A stretch of 64,000 bases of DNA, taken from Candidatus Nanopelagicales bacterium (GTDB taxonomy: Bacteria > Actinomycetota > Actinomycetes > S36-B12). The translations under genes were made by a program, and so were the position numbers. Positions 42,478 to 51,173 of the stretch are shown here, in pieces. The notes beneath the pieces were generated by a model, which worked only from the letters and a program-made list of their open reading frames with translations, did not search any database and was not told where the DNA came from. Position 1 is the first letter of the stretch. Every line of letters starts with the position of its first letter. Where the stretch lies: the NCBI GenBank assembly GCA_018401415.1, contig JAGYKV010000017.1, forward strand, positions 265,268-329,267, written 5' to 3'.

Positions 42478-43059
42478 GTGGCCGTCAAAATCAAACTCAA
42501 GCGTGTTGGAAAGATCCACGCCCCCCAGTACCGCATTGTGATAGCAGATTCGCGCACCGCTCGTAATGGCCGTGCCATCGAAGAAATCGGAATTTACCAG
42601 CCGGTTCAAAATCCAAGCCTTATCCAGGTCAAGTCTGACCGGGCCCAATATTGGCTGGGAGTTGGTGCCCAACCGACCGAAGCCGTTCTGGCGATTTTGA
42701 AAGTGACCGGCGACTGGCAGAAGTTTAAAGGCCTTCCCGGAGCAGAGGGGACCCTGCAGGTTGCCGCCCCGAAGCCGAGCAAAGTGCTTGCCTACGAAGC
42801 TGCCGTCACTCAGGCTCAAAGTGAACCAAAGAAGTCAAAGCCCAAGAAACTCGTTGCCGATGTAGAAAAGGCTGCAGAAACTGTAGCCCATGACGCTGAG
42901 GCTGTTGTCGACAAAGTCGTCGACGTTGTTGAAGACGTCGCAAAGGCGGTCGTTGATGTTGTTGAAGATGTCGCCGAAAAGATCGAACATGCCGCTGAGG
43001 CAGTAGAGCACAAGGTGGAAGAAGTCCTACACAAAGATGATTCGGAAAAGACCTCCTAA
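42478..43059 (+). CDS. rpsP: 30S ribosomal protein S16 with a ~110-aa C-terminal extension
   Basis: [21 protein letters not shown] core (~80 aa), followed by a long acidic Val/Ala/Glu/Asp-rich tail containing a tandem decapeptide repeat. Confidence 0.9.
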   Translation: MAVKIKLKRVGKIHAPQYRIVIADSRTARNGRAIEEIGIYQPVQNPSLIQVKSDRAQYWLGVGAQPTEAVLAILKVTGDWQKFKGLPGAEGTLQVAAPKPSKVLAYEAAVTQAQSEPKKSKPKKLVADVEKAAETVAHDAEAVVDKVVDVVEDVAKAVVDVVEDVAEKIEHAAEAVEHKVEEVLHKDDSEKTS

Positions 43060-43298
43060 TGCTCGAAGATGCTCTTGCGCACCTTGTTCGTGGCATAGTT
43101 GACAACCCGGACGATGTCTCTGTCACCTTACGCGCCGACCGCAGGGGTAAGGCACTTGATGTCCGCGTGAATCCTGAAGACATGGGACGAGTCATTGGTC
43201 GATCGGGACGGACTGCAACAGCTCTTCGCACGGTCGTGACCGCACTTAATGACGGTCGCGGTGTGCGAATCGATTTCCTCGACGTTACCGAGCGCTAA
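43059..43298 (+). CDS. KH-domain RNA-binding protein (YlqC family)
   Basis: 79 aa. GRVIGRSGRTA KH motif. TAATG overlap with rpsP. Conserved rpsP-KH-rimM-trmD order. Confidence 0.85.
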   Translation: MLEDALAHLVRGIVDNPDDVSVTLRADRRGKALDVRVNPEDMGRVIGRSGRTATALRTVVTALNDGRGVRIDFLDVTER

Positions 43299-43303
43299 AA
43301 CTC

Positions 43304-43834
43304 GTGCGGGTCACCGTCGGGCGTATTGGAAAACCCCATGGCATACGTGGTGAAGTGACCGTGGAATCACGCACGGACGAACCCGATACGCGCTTTGCTT
43401 CAGGCAACACCTTAATGCGTGAATCCGGTTCGGATCTTGTTATCTCCCACATGCACTGGCATTCAGGCCGCATCCTGATAAAGTTTTTCGGCATAGATGA
43501 CCGCAATGCGGCAGAAACTTTGCGGGGCTCAATCCTGCAGGTCGAGCGGGATCATGAACAAGCACCTGAAGATCCATCGGAATTTTATGATTCCAACCTG
43601 GTGGGTTGCTCGGTAGTGACCGTCGACAAAAGTCAGGTGGGTGTTGTCAAAGATGTGCTTCACCTGCCGGCTCAAGACTTACTCGTTGTCTGGACCGGTG
43701 CGACGGAAGTTCTAATCCCTTTTGTTGACCACATGGTTCCCGAAGTCAATACCGAATCTCGAATAATCGTGATTGACCCACCCGACGGATTGCTCTCTGA
43801 TCCAGATGAATCCATTACTACGGGCAATGGTTAA
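43304..43834 (+). CDS. rimM: 16S rRNA processing protein RimM
   Basis: 176 aa with a GTG start. VGRIGKPHGIRGEV and a PRC-barrel C-terminus. Confidence 0.9.
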   Translation: MRVTVGRIGKPHGIRGEVTVESRTDEPDTRFASGNTLMRESGSDLVISHMHWHSGRILIKFFGIDDRNAAETLRGSILQVERDHEQAPEDPSEFYDSNLVGCSVVTVDKSQVGVVKDVLHLPAQDLLVVWTGATEVLIPFVDHMVPEVNTESRIIVIDPPDGLLSDPDESITTGNG

Positions 43835-43868
43835 TCGCTGATAATCATCTGGAAGGAGCTGGATATCC

Positions 43869-44594
43869 ATGCGGATTGACATTCTGACAGTTTTCCCGGA
43901 TTACTTTGCTCCGCTTGATCTCTCCCTGGTGGGCAAAGCTCGCAAAGATCATATTTTTGAAGTGCATGTCCATGACCTACGTCACTGGGGGGTCGGAGCA
44001 CACAAACAAGTCGATGACACGCCCTATGGTGGTGGTCCCGGCATGGTCATGTCCGCAGATGTATGGGGCACCGCGCTTGATTCAATTCAGCGAGTAGATG
44101 CACCGTTAGTACATAAGCCACTACTTGTTATTCCAACTCCATCTGGAATTGTTTTCAATCAATCGACGGCAGCAGACTGGACTGCACAAGGCCACTTGGT
44201 ATTCGCTTGCGGCAGATACGAAGGTATTGATTCACGAGTTGCCGTGCACTATTCGGATCACCCGGATTGGGCAGGTGTGTCTGAAATCAGTCTCGGGGAC
44301 TACGTTCTCGCTGGGGGTGAAGTCGCAGTGCTGGCCATGATTGAGGCGGTCACGCGACTCATGCCGGGAGTTCTCGGGAATCCCGGTAGCGCCGTTGATG
44401 ATTCCTTTTCCATTCCCGGCGGACTGGTAGAAGGATCCGTGTTCACCAAACCGCCGCTTTGGCGGGATCTTGAGGTACCGGCGCCCCTTCTCAGTGGGAA
44501 TCATGCCCTGATCGCCCAATGGCGGGCAGCAGACTCTGCTCGACGTACATCTATTAATCGGCCAGACCTGATGGGGGATTCCCCCCAGGTCTGA
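43869..44594 (+). CDS. trmD: tRNA (guanine37-N1)-methyltransferase
   Basis: 241 aa. MRIDILTVFPDYF, CGRYEGIDSRV and SLGDYVLAGGE. Confidence 0.95.
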   Translation: MRIDILTVFPDYFAPLDLSLVGKARKDHIFEVHVHDLRHWGVGAHKQVDDTPYGGGPGMVMSADVWGTALDSIQRVDAPLVHKPLLVIPTPSGIVFNQSTAADWTAQGHLVFACGRYEGIDSRVAVHYSDHPDWAGVSEISLGDYVLAGGEVAVLAMIEAVTRLMPGVLGNPGSAVDDSFSIPGGLVEGSVFTKPPLWRDLEVPAPLLSGNHALIAQWRAADSARRTSINRPDLMGDSPQV

Positions 44595-44611
44595 GCCGAG
44601 TGTGACCAGAA

Positions 44612-44669
44612 GGATCCCTTGTGGCAGACTTCGGGGGTTCGGCTCACGGAGATCTGCCATAGGGGATCC
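44612..44669 (+). promoter_or_regulatory. 17-bp stem-loop in the trmD-rplS spacer (candidate rplS leader structure)
   Basis: GGATCCCTTGTGGCAGA (44612-44628) pairs with TCTGCCATAGGGGATCC (44653-44669). That gives 15 Watson-Crick and 2 G.U pairs around a 24-nt loop. No U-tract follows. Confidence 0.35.
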
Positions 44670-44741
44670 GGATACGCCGACACTCACAGGAGTCTCCCCA
44701 TAACCGTGGGCGACCTATGGCGCTTACAGGAAGAAGTACTA

Positions 44742-45104
44742 ATGAAGACACTCGACATGGTGGATCAGGGTTCATTCCGCGATGACATTCCGCAATTCCG
44801 AGCCGGCGACAACCTAAAGGTTTTCGTGAAGGTTGTTGAAGGAAACAAGACACGTGTCCAGATGTTCCAAGGCGTGGTGATCGGCAGACATGGTTCAGGA
44901 ATCGGCGAGACATTCACTGTGCGCAAGGTTTCATACGGCGTGGGTGTCGAGCGTACCTTCCCACTTCACACTCCGATCATTGAGAAAATTGAAGTGGCCA
45001 GCCGTGGCGATGTGCGTCGGGCGAAGTTGTATTACCTTCGTGGACTTCGTGGTAAAAAAGCGAAAATTCGTGAGCTTCGGGATACCCCCAAGAGCGACAG
45101 CTAG
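44742..45104 (+). CDS. rplS: 50S ribosomal protein L19
   Basis: The ATG at 44742 gives a 120-aa protein ([38 protein letters not shown]). The 41-codon upstream extension in the track has no L19 counterpart. Confidence 0.95.
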   Translation: MKTLDMVDQGSFRDDIPQFRAGDNLKVFVKVVEGNKTRVQMFQGVVIGRHGSGIGETFTVRKVSYGVGVERTFPLHTPIIEKIEVASRGDVRRAKLYYLRGLRGKKAKIRELRDTPKSDS

Positions 45105-45132
45105 TTGCACTGCTCGGTCGAGGCTTTAGTTT

Positions 45133-45669
45133 GTGAAGTTTTTGCTGTGGTTGGGCGCAATCGTAGGCTTAGCATGGATTTTTTCCACATTCATTCTCCA
45201 GCAGTTCGTCATACCCTCAAACTCCATGGAACAAACTCTGCAAGTAAGTGACCGGGTTGTTGTCAATCACACGGCCTACTGGTTCAACCCCATTTCCTCA
45301 GGGGATCTAATCGTGTTCAATGGTCGGGATTCATTGACGCTCGAAGATAAAGACTTTGTGAAGCGAGTTGTCGGCGTAGCAGGCGATCGAGTGAAATGCT
45401 GTGATTCCAATGGCTGGATCACGATCAACGACGTTCCCTTAGATGAGACCTCCTATCTTTATCCCGGTGATTTAGCCAGCGAATTTGAATTCAATGTCGA
45501 AGTCCCAGAGGGCAAGTTGTGGGTGCTTGGTGATCGCCGTTCCAAATCCGCTGATTCCAGAACTCAATTAGGGGCACCCGGGGGAGGGTTTGTCTCGACT
45601 TCCCAAGTGCGGGGGCAGGTCGTTGCAATCCTGTGGCCGCCTAGTCGATTACAGTTGATGTCGCAGTAA
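45133..45669 (+). CDS. lepB: signal peptidase I (short paralog)
   Basis: 178 aa with a GTG start. One TM segment, then IPSNSMEQTL (Ser box), KRVVGVAGDRV (Lys box) and GDRRSKSADSR. Confidence 0.85.
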   Translation: MKFLLWLGAIVGLAWIFSTFILQQFVIPSNSMEQTLQVSDRVVVNHTAYWFNPISSGDLIVFNGRDSLTLEDKDFVKRVVGVAGDRVKCCDSNGWITINDVPLDETSYLYPGDLASEFEFNVEVPEGKLWVLGDRRSKSADSRTQLGAPGGGFVSTSQVRGQVVAILWPPSRLQLMSQ

Positions 45670-45708
45670 GAATAAGACGAACGGCAAGCGCACACACACG
45701 ATCACATA

Positions 45709-46521
45709 ATGAGAGAGGGTGCACTGGTGGCAATCCCTGCACGAGACACACCTTCGGAGGCCTGGCAGCCCCAAGATTCAACCGAAGACCTACAACTCTC
45801 GAAGCGAAGTAAAAAGGGTCGAGGAGGGAAGAAAAAAAAGGAGAGCTCATTTCTCCGCGGTGTGATCGAGTTCGTTGTCATTATTGCGATCGCATTAGGA
45901 ATTGCCACATTTATGCGGGCGTTTTTGATTCAACCTTTTTATGTTCCCAGCGGTTCCATGGAGCAAACACTTCAGATAAATGATCGAGTGATTGCATCTA
46001 AAATTTCCACTCGAATCGCAGGGATTGAACGCGGTGAAATCATGGTTTTTAAGGACCCCGGTGAGTGGCTGCCCCCATATGAAACGAGCAGTTCCGGATT
46101 GCGCGGTGCGTTAACACAGGCGTTGACTTTCGTAGGCCTGTTGCCGAGTGACTCGGGCGATGACCTCGTGAAACGAGTAATTGGAATTGAAGGCGATCAA
46201 GTTGCTTGTTGCAATGATGCTGGACAGATTGTTCTCAATGGCGTGGGTCTCGACGAAAGTTCGTACATCTCAGGTCCAACGGACCAGGTCTTATTTGACA
46301 TTACCGTTCCACCCGGAGGCATGTTTGTCATGGGTGACAACCGCGGAAATTCAGCTGATTCACGTTTTCACCTAGGTGAGAACAGCGGTTCAGTACCGGT
46401 TGACAAAGCTGTGGGACGGGTTGTCCTCGTGGTGTGGCCATTTGATCGATTTTCAACTGAACCTATTCCCGAAATTTTTGGAAATCCATCTATAGCGGCG
46501 GGAAATCCATACGCAAAGTGA
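45709..46521 (+). CDS. lepB: signal peptidase I (long paralog with Lys-rich N-terminus)
   Basis: 270 aa. VPSGSMEQTL, KRVIGIEGDQV and GDNRGNSADSRFH. The N-terminal cytoplasmic region contains KRSKKGRGGKKKKE. Confidence 0.85.
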   Translation: MREGALVAIPARDTPSEAWQPQDSTEDLQLSKRSKKGRGGKKKKESSFLRGVIEFVVIIAIALGIATFMRAFLIQPFYVPSGSMEQTLQINDRVIASKISTRIAGIERGEIMVFKDPGEWLPPYETSSSGLRGALTQALTFVGLLPSDSGDDLVKRVIGIEGDQVACCNDAGQIVLNGVGLDESSYISGPTDQVLFDITVPPGGMFVMGDNRGNSADSRFHLGENSGSVPVDKAVGRVVLVVWPFDRFSTEPIPEIFGNPSIAAGNPYAK

Positions 46522-47150
46522 ATACACCCTCACCCAATCGAGTTCGGGAGCAGGAACTATTTGACTCCGGCTATTCGACGGTCGCATGTGTAGATGAAGT
46601 GGGCAGGGGTGCGCTAGCGGGTCCCGTCTTCGTGGGAATAGTTGTTGTTGAAAGTTCCATGCCAATGTCACCGAGGGGAATTCGCGATAGCAAACTGCTG
46701 AGTTCGTCTACTCGCGAGAAACTCTATCCAGAGATTTATACGTGGGCTCCTTGTGCTTCCACGGGTGCGGCATCTGCTCGTGAAATTGACGATCTTGGGA
46801 TTATGGGTGCGTTGGCGCTGGCAACCCAACGTGGCCTGTCAAGTCTGGCGAAGTCACCACGGGCGATACTCCTTGATGGCAACACCAACTTTCTATCTCG
46901 GGTTATTGATCTTCCGGTATTCACTGAAGTAAAGGGTGACATTAATTGTTTGGGAGTGGCAGCCGCCAGTGTGATCGCGAAAGTCACCAGAGATTCTCAC
47001 ATGTGCGCACTTGACAAGAAATTCCCTGGATACTCATGGAGTCGGAATAAGGGCTACGCATCTCCGCAGCACATCCGGGCACTACAGCTTTTGGGCGTGT
47101 CTCCAGAGCACCGAATATCTTGGAAGCTTCCAGGGGTCGGTGTTGAATGA
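46518..47150 (+). CDS. rnhB: ribonuclease HII
   Basis: 210 aa. VACVDEVGRGALAGPV, SKLLS, and GYASPQH near the C-terminus. GTGA overlap with lepB. Confidence 0.9.
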   Translation: MNTPSPNRVREQELFDSGYSTVACVDEVGRGALAGPVFVGIVVVESSMPMSPRGIRDSKLLSSSTREKLYPEIYTWAPCASTGAASAREIDDLGIMGALALATQRGLSSLAKSPRAILLDGNTNFLSRVIDLPVFTEVKGDINCLGVAAASVIAKVTRDSHMCALDKKFPGYSWSRNKGYASPQHIRALQLLGVSPEHRISWKLPGVGVE

Positions 47151-47209
47151 TTTCCACAAGCTGAAATTTGCGGCTACCTGATATTTGTTTTGTGATCCAC
47201 AGTTAGAAC

Positions 47210-47563
47210 ATGAAACCCAAAGATGCCCTAGGTAAATATGGCGAAGAAATCGCCGTTCAGCACCTGACAGTCAAAGGCTTTGTCATTCTTGAGCGAAATT
47301 GGCGTTGTGATATCGGCGAGATTGATGTCGTTGCGCGTGACGGAGCTGACCTTGTCGTGTGTGAAGTCAAGACCCGAAGAAGTGAGGCATTTGGGGCACC
47401 GGCAGAGGCCGTGAGTGCCCGGAAAGTACGCCGAATGCGAAGTCTGGCCTTGCGCTGGTTGGACAACAAGACTGTAAGTCCACGATCAATCCGATTCGAT
47501 GTTGTTGGAATCGTCCAGCCACTGGTTGGCCCACCGGTAATCACGCACGTGCGTGACATCTGA
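47210..47563 (+). CDS. YraN-family (UPF0102) endonuclease-like protein
   Basis: 117 aa. GEEIAVQHL, GEIDVVARDG and VCEVKTR. Confidence 0.85.
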   Translation: MKPKDALGKYGEEIAVQHLTVKGFVILERNWRCDIGEIDVVARDGADLVVCEVKTRRSEAFGAPAEAVSARKVRRMRSLALRWLDNKTVSPRSIRFDVVGIVQPLVGPPVITHVRDI

Positions 47564-47564
47564 A

Positions 47565-49076
47565 ATGTCCCTCTCGAGAGCTTTTGGTGCGGTGGTGAGT
47601 GGCGTAGCGGGCCAGATAGTGGTGGTGGAAGTTGATCACTCACAAGGACTCCCAACCGTGGGCGTAGTTGGCTTACCCGATGCGTCCGTCAATGAAGCTC
47701 GTCACCGGGTGCGCACCGCCCTGGGAAATCAAAACTTCAAGTGGCCTCGGGGAAGGGTGACCATCAGCCTTTCACCGGCGGAAGTACGCAAACAGGGTGC
47801 AGGGCTGGATCTCGCAATTGCCATGGGTGTGCTGGGTGTTACCGGCCAGATTCCAGCTTCAGCTCTCGCCAAAACAGTGTTTGTTGGTGAATTGGGTCTT
47901 GACGGCAGTATTCGCCAGGTGCCGGGGGCACTCCCGGCCACGGTCGCTGCGGCTCAAGCAGGATTCACGAACGTAGTTGTTCCCAAAGAAAACAACCTTC
48001 ACTGCTCGGTCGTCCCGGGTATCACGGTCGTGTCATATTCGACATTGACCCACGTGATCGAAGGACTGGTTCACGGAGTCGCAGCTCTCCCACCCGATCA
48101 GGACTTGCCATTGGAGCCCGAATTCATCTTGGATTTATCAGATGTCCTTGGACAACAACAGGCGAGGTGGGCTCTAGAGATCGCGGCAGTCGGGTCGCAC
48201 AACATGCTGATGGTCGGTGCGCCAGGAGTGGGGAAAACACTATTGGCTGAGAGATTACCCGGAATTCTGCCGAAACTTGATGAGCACGAGTCACTGGAGG
48301 TCACCTCGATTCATGCCATTGCTGGGAATCTCGCCGGCCGTGGCTCCATCACCGTGCCTCCATTTGAATCACCTCATCATTCCTCAAGCCTTTCGGCGAT
48401 TGTGGGAAGCGTGCATGGCCAGCGAGTGAAGCCAGGTTCAATTACCAAAGCGCATCATGGAGTGCTGTTCCTTGATGAAGCCCCGGAATTTGCCCGTAAT
48501 GTTGTCGAAGTCTTGAGACAGCCTCTCGAGTCCGGTCAGATTGTTTTGAATAGATCCCATTGGAGCGGAACTCTGCCTGCACGATTTCAGTTAATCATGG
48601 CAGCAAATCCCTGTCCCTGTGGGAATGCGTCTCCTCAAACTCGACAAAAGTGCACGTGCCCCTCCCTCACTCGGAGAAATTACGCCCAGAGGCTTTCCGG
48701 CCCGCTGCTTGATCGCATGGACATCAATATCTCCATGCCGCACGTTGCATCCACCGAGTCCGGGGATAATTCCTCAACCGTTGCCCACCGGGTCAAGGAG
48801 GCAAGGGAGCGAACCCGTCGGAGACTTTGCGGATCACCCTGGCAGGTAAATGCACACATACCTGCATCGCAGTTGCTCAGTAATTTCCAACCGACAGTGG
48901 GGGGCCAGGACTTACTCGATGATTATCACCGCAAGTCAGGAGGGCTTCGTGGAGCACATCGGATACTCCGTGTGGCGTGGAGTATCGCTGATCTCGCAGG
49001 GCACCAGGTGCCAGATCGCAATGACATTGCCATGGCGATTCACCTGCGCGAGCGACCAGGAATGCTCACCGCATGA
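47565..49076 (+). CDS. YifB/ComM-family Mg-chelatase-like AAA+ ATPase
   Basis: MSLSRAFGAVVSGVAG N-terminus (ATG 47565; GTG 47553 is an alternative). Walker A GAPGVGKT, Walker B VLFLDEAPEF, and a Cys-rich insert. Confidence 0.9.
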   Translation: MSLSRAFGAVVSGVAGQIVVVEVDHSQGLPTVGVVGLPDASVNEARHRVRTALGNQNFKWPRGRVTISLSPAEVRKQGAGLDLAIAMGVLGVTGQIPASALAKTVFVGELGLDGSIRQVPGALPATVAAAQAGFTNVVVPKENNLHCSVVPGITVVSYSTLTHVIEGLVHGVAALPPDQDLPLEPEFILDLSDVLGQQQARWALEIAAVGSHNMLMVGAPGVGKTLLAERLPGILPKLDEHESLEVTSIHAIAGNLAGRGSITVPPFESPHHSSSLSAIVGSVHGQRVKPGSITKAHHGVLFLDEAPEFARNVVEVLRQPLESGQIVLNRSHWSGTLPARFQLIMAANPCPCGNASPQTRQKCTCPSLTRRNYAQRLSGPLLDRMDINISMPHVASTESGDNSSTVAHRVKEARERTRRRLCGSPWQVNAHIPASQLLSNFQPTVGGQDLLDDYHRKSGGLRGAHRILRVAWSIADLAGHQVPDRNDIAMAIHLRERPGMLTA

Positions 49077-49100
49077 GATCTATCGCGTGGGACCTATCGC

Positions 49101-50204
49101 ATGAAAGTTGATCAATTGCCGGGCAATGACCGCGATGCCTACTTTGTGTTGGCCCACCTCTGTGAGCCCGCCGATGAAATCGTGAATCGGGCACTCATGA
49201 CACATGGGCCCGTTTCGGTCATTGAGATGCTTCTCGCAGGTCGTATCAAGCCTCTGTCGCGACCGCGGATTCATAACGCATTCGCTGAGTTTTCACTGGA
49301 GAAGGAGTGTGATTTCGCTCATGCGATTGGTTCTCGATTCATAACTCGGGGGGAGACCGGGTGGCCACAACAACTTGACTGTCTAGCCGAGGAAGCTCCG
49401 TGGGTCCTCTGGTCCCTTGGTTCAGCCGATTTCCGGATTCTTTCACTCAAGTCTTTGGCAATTGTCGGCGCGAGAGCATGTACCCCATACGGTCGCGAAG
49501 TTGCCATACGTTGGTCAGGTGAATTGTCCGAGAGTGGACTAACGATTGTTTCAGGTGGTGCAATCGGAATTGATGTCTCAGCGCATCAAGGGGCATTGCA
49601 GGTGGGAGCCCCAACACTGTGTGTACTCGCGGGCGGCGTGCACTCTCGGTATCCAGCGTCAAATGAGCATGTATTCGCAAAAATAATGGACTGTGGGGCA
49701 ATTGTGAGTGAGTCGCCTCCGCGACAGGAACCGCGACGCCAGCGATTTCTCACCCGCAATCGCATTATCGCGGCACTGACACTAGGCACTTTGGTGATTG
49801 AAGCTTCGAACCGAAGTGGAACCGAGTCCACCGCAACTCGAGCACATCAGATGAATCGAACCGTTATGGGTGTTCCTGGTTCAGTGCAATCAACGCAATC
49901 TGAGGGGGTTCACGACCTCATATCTCAGGGGGTTGCTTCATTTGTTGCTTCACCAGCAGATGTACTCCGAGCCATGAAACTTGAACCCCAAAAGTTGCCT
50001 GACAAACAGCAGACACTTGATTGGCGCTCATTGTCCCAGCGTGAACTTGACGTGTGGGAAGCCTTGCCTCAGCGCGGGGGATGCTTGCCCGCGGATCTCA
50101 TTGGCAAAGCAAACCATTCCCTGCCCGAGATCATTGCCAGTCTGACGGAGTTGGAGATCAAAGAGATGGCTCGCTCAGATGGCTTCGTGTGGAGAAGAAC
50201 CTAA
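49101..50204 (+). CDS. dprA: DNA-processing protein DprA
   Basis: 367 aa. Rossmann-like DprA core (VGARACTPYG, IVSGGAIGIDVSAHQGAL, FLTRNRIIAAL). Confidence 0.9.
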   Translation: MKVDQLPGNDRDAYFVLAHLCEPADEIVNRALMTHGPVSVIEMLLAGRIKPLSRPRIHNAFAEFSLEKECDFAHAIGSRFITRGETGWPQQLDCLAEEAPWVLWSLGSADFRILSLKSLAIVGARACTPYGREVAIRWSGELSESGLTIVSGGAIGIDVSAHQGALQVGAPTLCVLAGGVHSRYPASNEHVFAKIMDCGAIVSESPPRQEPRRQRFLTRNRIIAALTLGTLVIEASNRSGTESTATRAHQMNRTVMGVPGSVQSTQSEGVHDLISQGVASFVASPADVLRAMKLEPQKLPDKQQTLDWRSLSQRELDVWEALPQRGGCLPADLIGKANHSLPEIIASLTELEIKEMARSDGFVWRRT

Positions 50205-50243
50205 GAACTTTCGCGAGTGGCTAAGTGAGATTGATAAATTTTC

Positions 50244-51173
50244 ATGCACACTATTGGAATGCATGAGTTAACCGCGGTCGTTGAAGAACAAATCGACGGG
50301 TTCGTCGTGCACATCCGCGATGAACGCAAGCGCAGTGTGCATACGGTCGCCGCCTATCAGGCGGACATACGTGGACTTTTCGGCTTCGTTCACTCGGCGC
50401 AATCGGCAGCGGATCTCACCTTGATTGATCTACGTTCATGGTTAGCCGATCTACAGCAACGCGGTCAAGCACGCTCCACCATTGCACGCAAAGCTGCGGC
50501 GGCTCGAGCGTTTACATCGTGGGCCCGTAAACGCGGGATCATTGAACAGGATCCTGCACTTAGACTCCTTAGCCCATCGGTTCCCAAAACACTGCCATCC
50601 ATCTTGAGCCCAGACCAGGCCGCACACGCCATAACGTCGATTGTTGACCATGACCCGGTCATCCAAGCTCGAAATATTGCAATTATGGAATTGCTATATG
50701 CCACGGGAATTCGGGTCTCTGAGTTGTGTGGACTAGACATAACAGATGTTGATCACAGGCGAAATGTAGTCAGAGTATTGGGCAAAGGCAATAAGGAGCG
50801 AGTAGTTCCCTTCGGGATCCCTGCCGCTGGTGCTGTGGACGATTGGATAACTGTGCGCTCACAGATCGCCGCCGATCAACTCGCATTGTTCGTGGGAGTT
50901 CGTGGCGCCAGAATTGACCCCCGAGCTGTTCGCACCCTGGTAAACAGAGCCACGTTTATTGCAACAGGCCAGCAACTTTCGCCACATGCCTTGAGACATT
51001 CGGCCGCTACCCACGTTCTTGAGGGTGGCGCAGACATGCGAGTGGTGCAAGAACTACTGGGCCACTCATCCATGTCCACCACTCAGAGATATACCCACGT
51101 CAGTGTTGATCGATTACGAAATACTTTTCGACTCGCTCACCCTCGGGCGGAGGGCACGAGTGACGATGAATGA
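50244..51173 (+). CDS. xerC: site-specific tyrosine recombinase XerC
   Basis: 309 aa. ATGIRVSEL, HALRHSAATH and LGHSSMSTTQRYTH. Sits in the conserved dprA-xerC position. Confidence 0.9.
   Translation: MHTIGMHELTAVVEEQIDGFVVHIRDERKRSVHTVAAYQADIRGLFGFVHSAQSAADLTLIDLRSWLADLQQRGQARSTIARKAAAARAFTSWARKRGIIEQDPALRLLSPSVPKTLPSILSPDQAAHAITSIVDHDPVIQARNIAIMELLYATGIRVSELCGLDITDVDHRRNVVRVLGKGNKERVVPFGIPAAGAVDDWITVRSQIAADQLALFVGVRGARIDPRAVRTLVNRATFIATGQQLSPHALRHSAATHVLEGGADMRVVQELLGHSSMSTTQRYTHVSVDRLRNTFRLAHPRAEGTSDDE

Noticed and set aside
44619-44741. Long in-frame 5' extensions of track ORFs for rplS (44619), rpsB (51804), tsf (52834), thiL (21306), coaD (27277), ffh (40766) and the M23 peptidase (51934).
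   Set aside because: In each case a downstream start reproduces the canonical family N-terminus or signal peptide and usually has a better SD. The extensions have no family counterpart.
45832-45839. A8 homopolymer runs inside lepB2 (45832..45839) and smc (34561..34568), considered as possible slippage or phase-variation sites.
   Set aside because: Both reading frames are intact through the runs and encode sensible residues (KKKK in lepB2; GKKIK in smc). There is no evidence of frameshifting in this sequence.
47594-47608. The 15-mer GGTGAGTGGCGTAGC occurs twice, at 47594..47608 inside yifB and at 60085..60099 upstream of gcdH.
   Set aside because: A few exact 15-mer coincidences are expected by chance in 64 kb when both strands are compared. 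The flanks do not match and the contexts are unrelated.
50244-51173. Considered whether the tyrosine recombinase marks an integrated mobile element.
   Set aside because: It sits in the conserved dprA-xerC-M23-rpsB core context and has XerC-type motifs. No flanking direct repeats, tRNA target or phage/plasmid genes are present.
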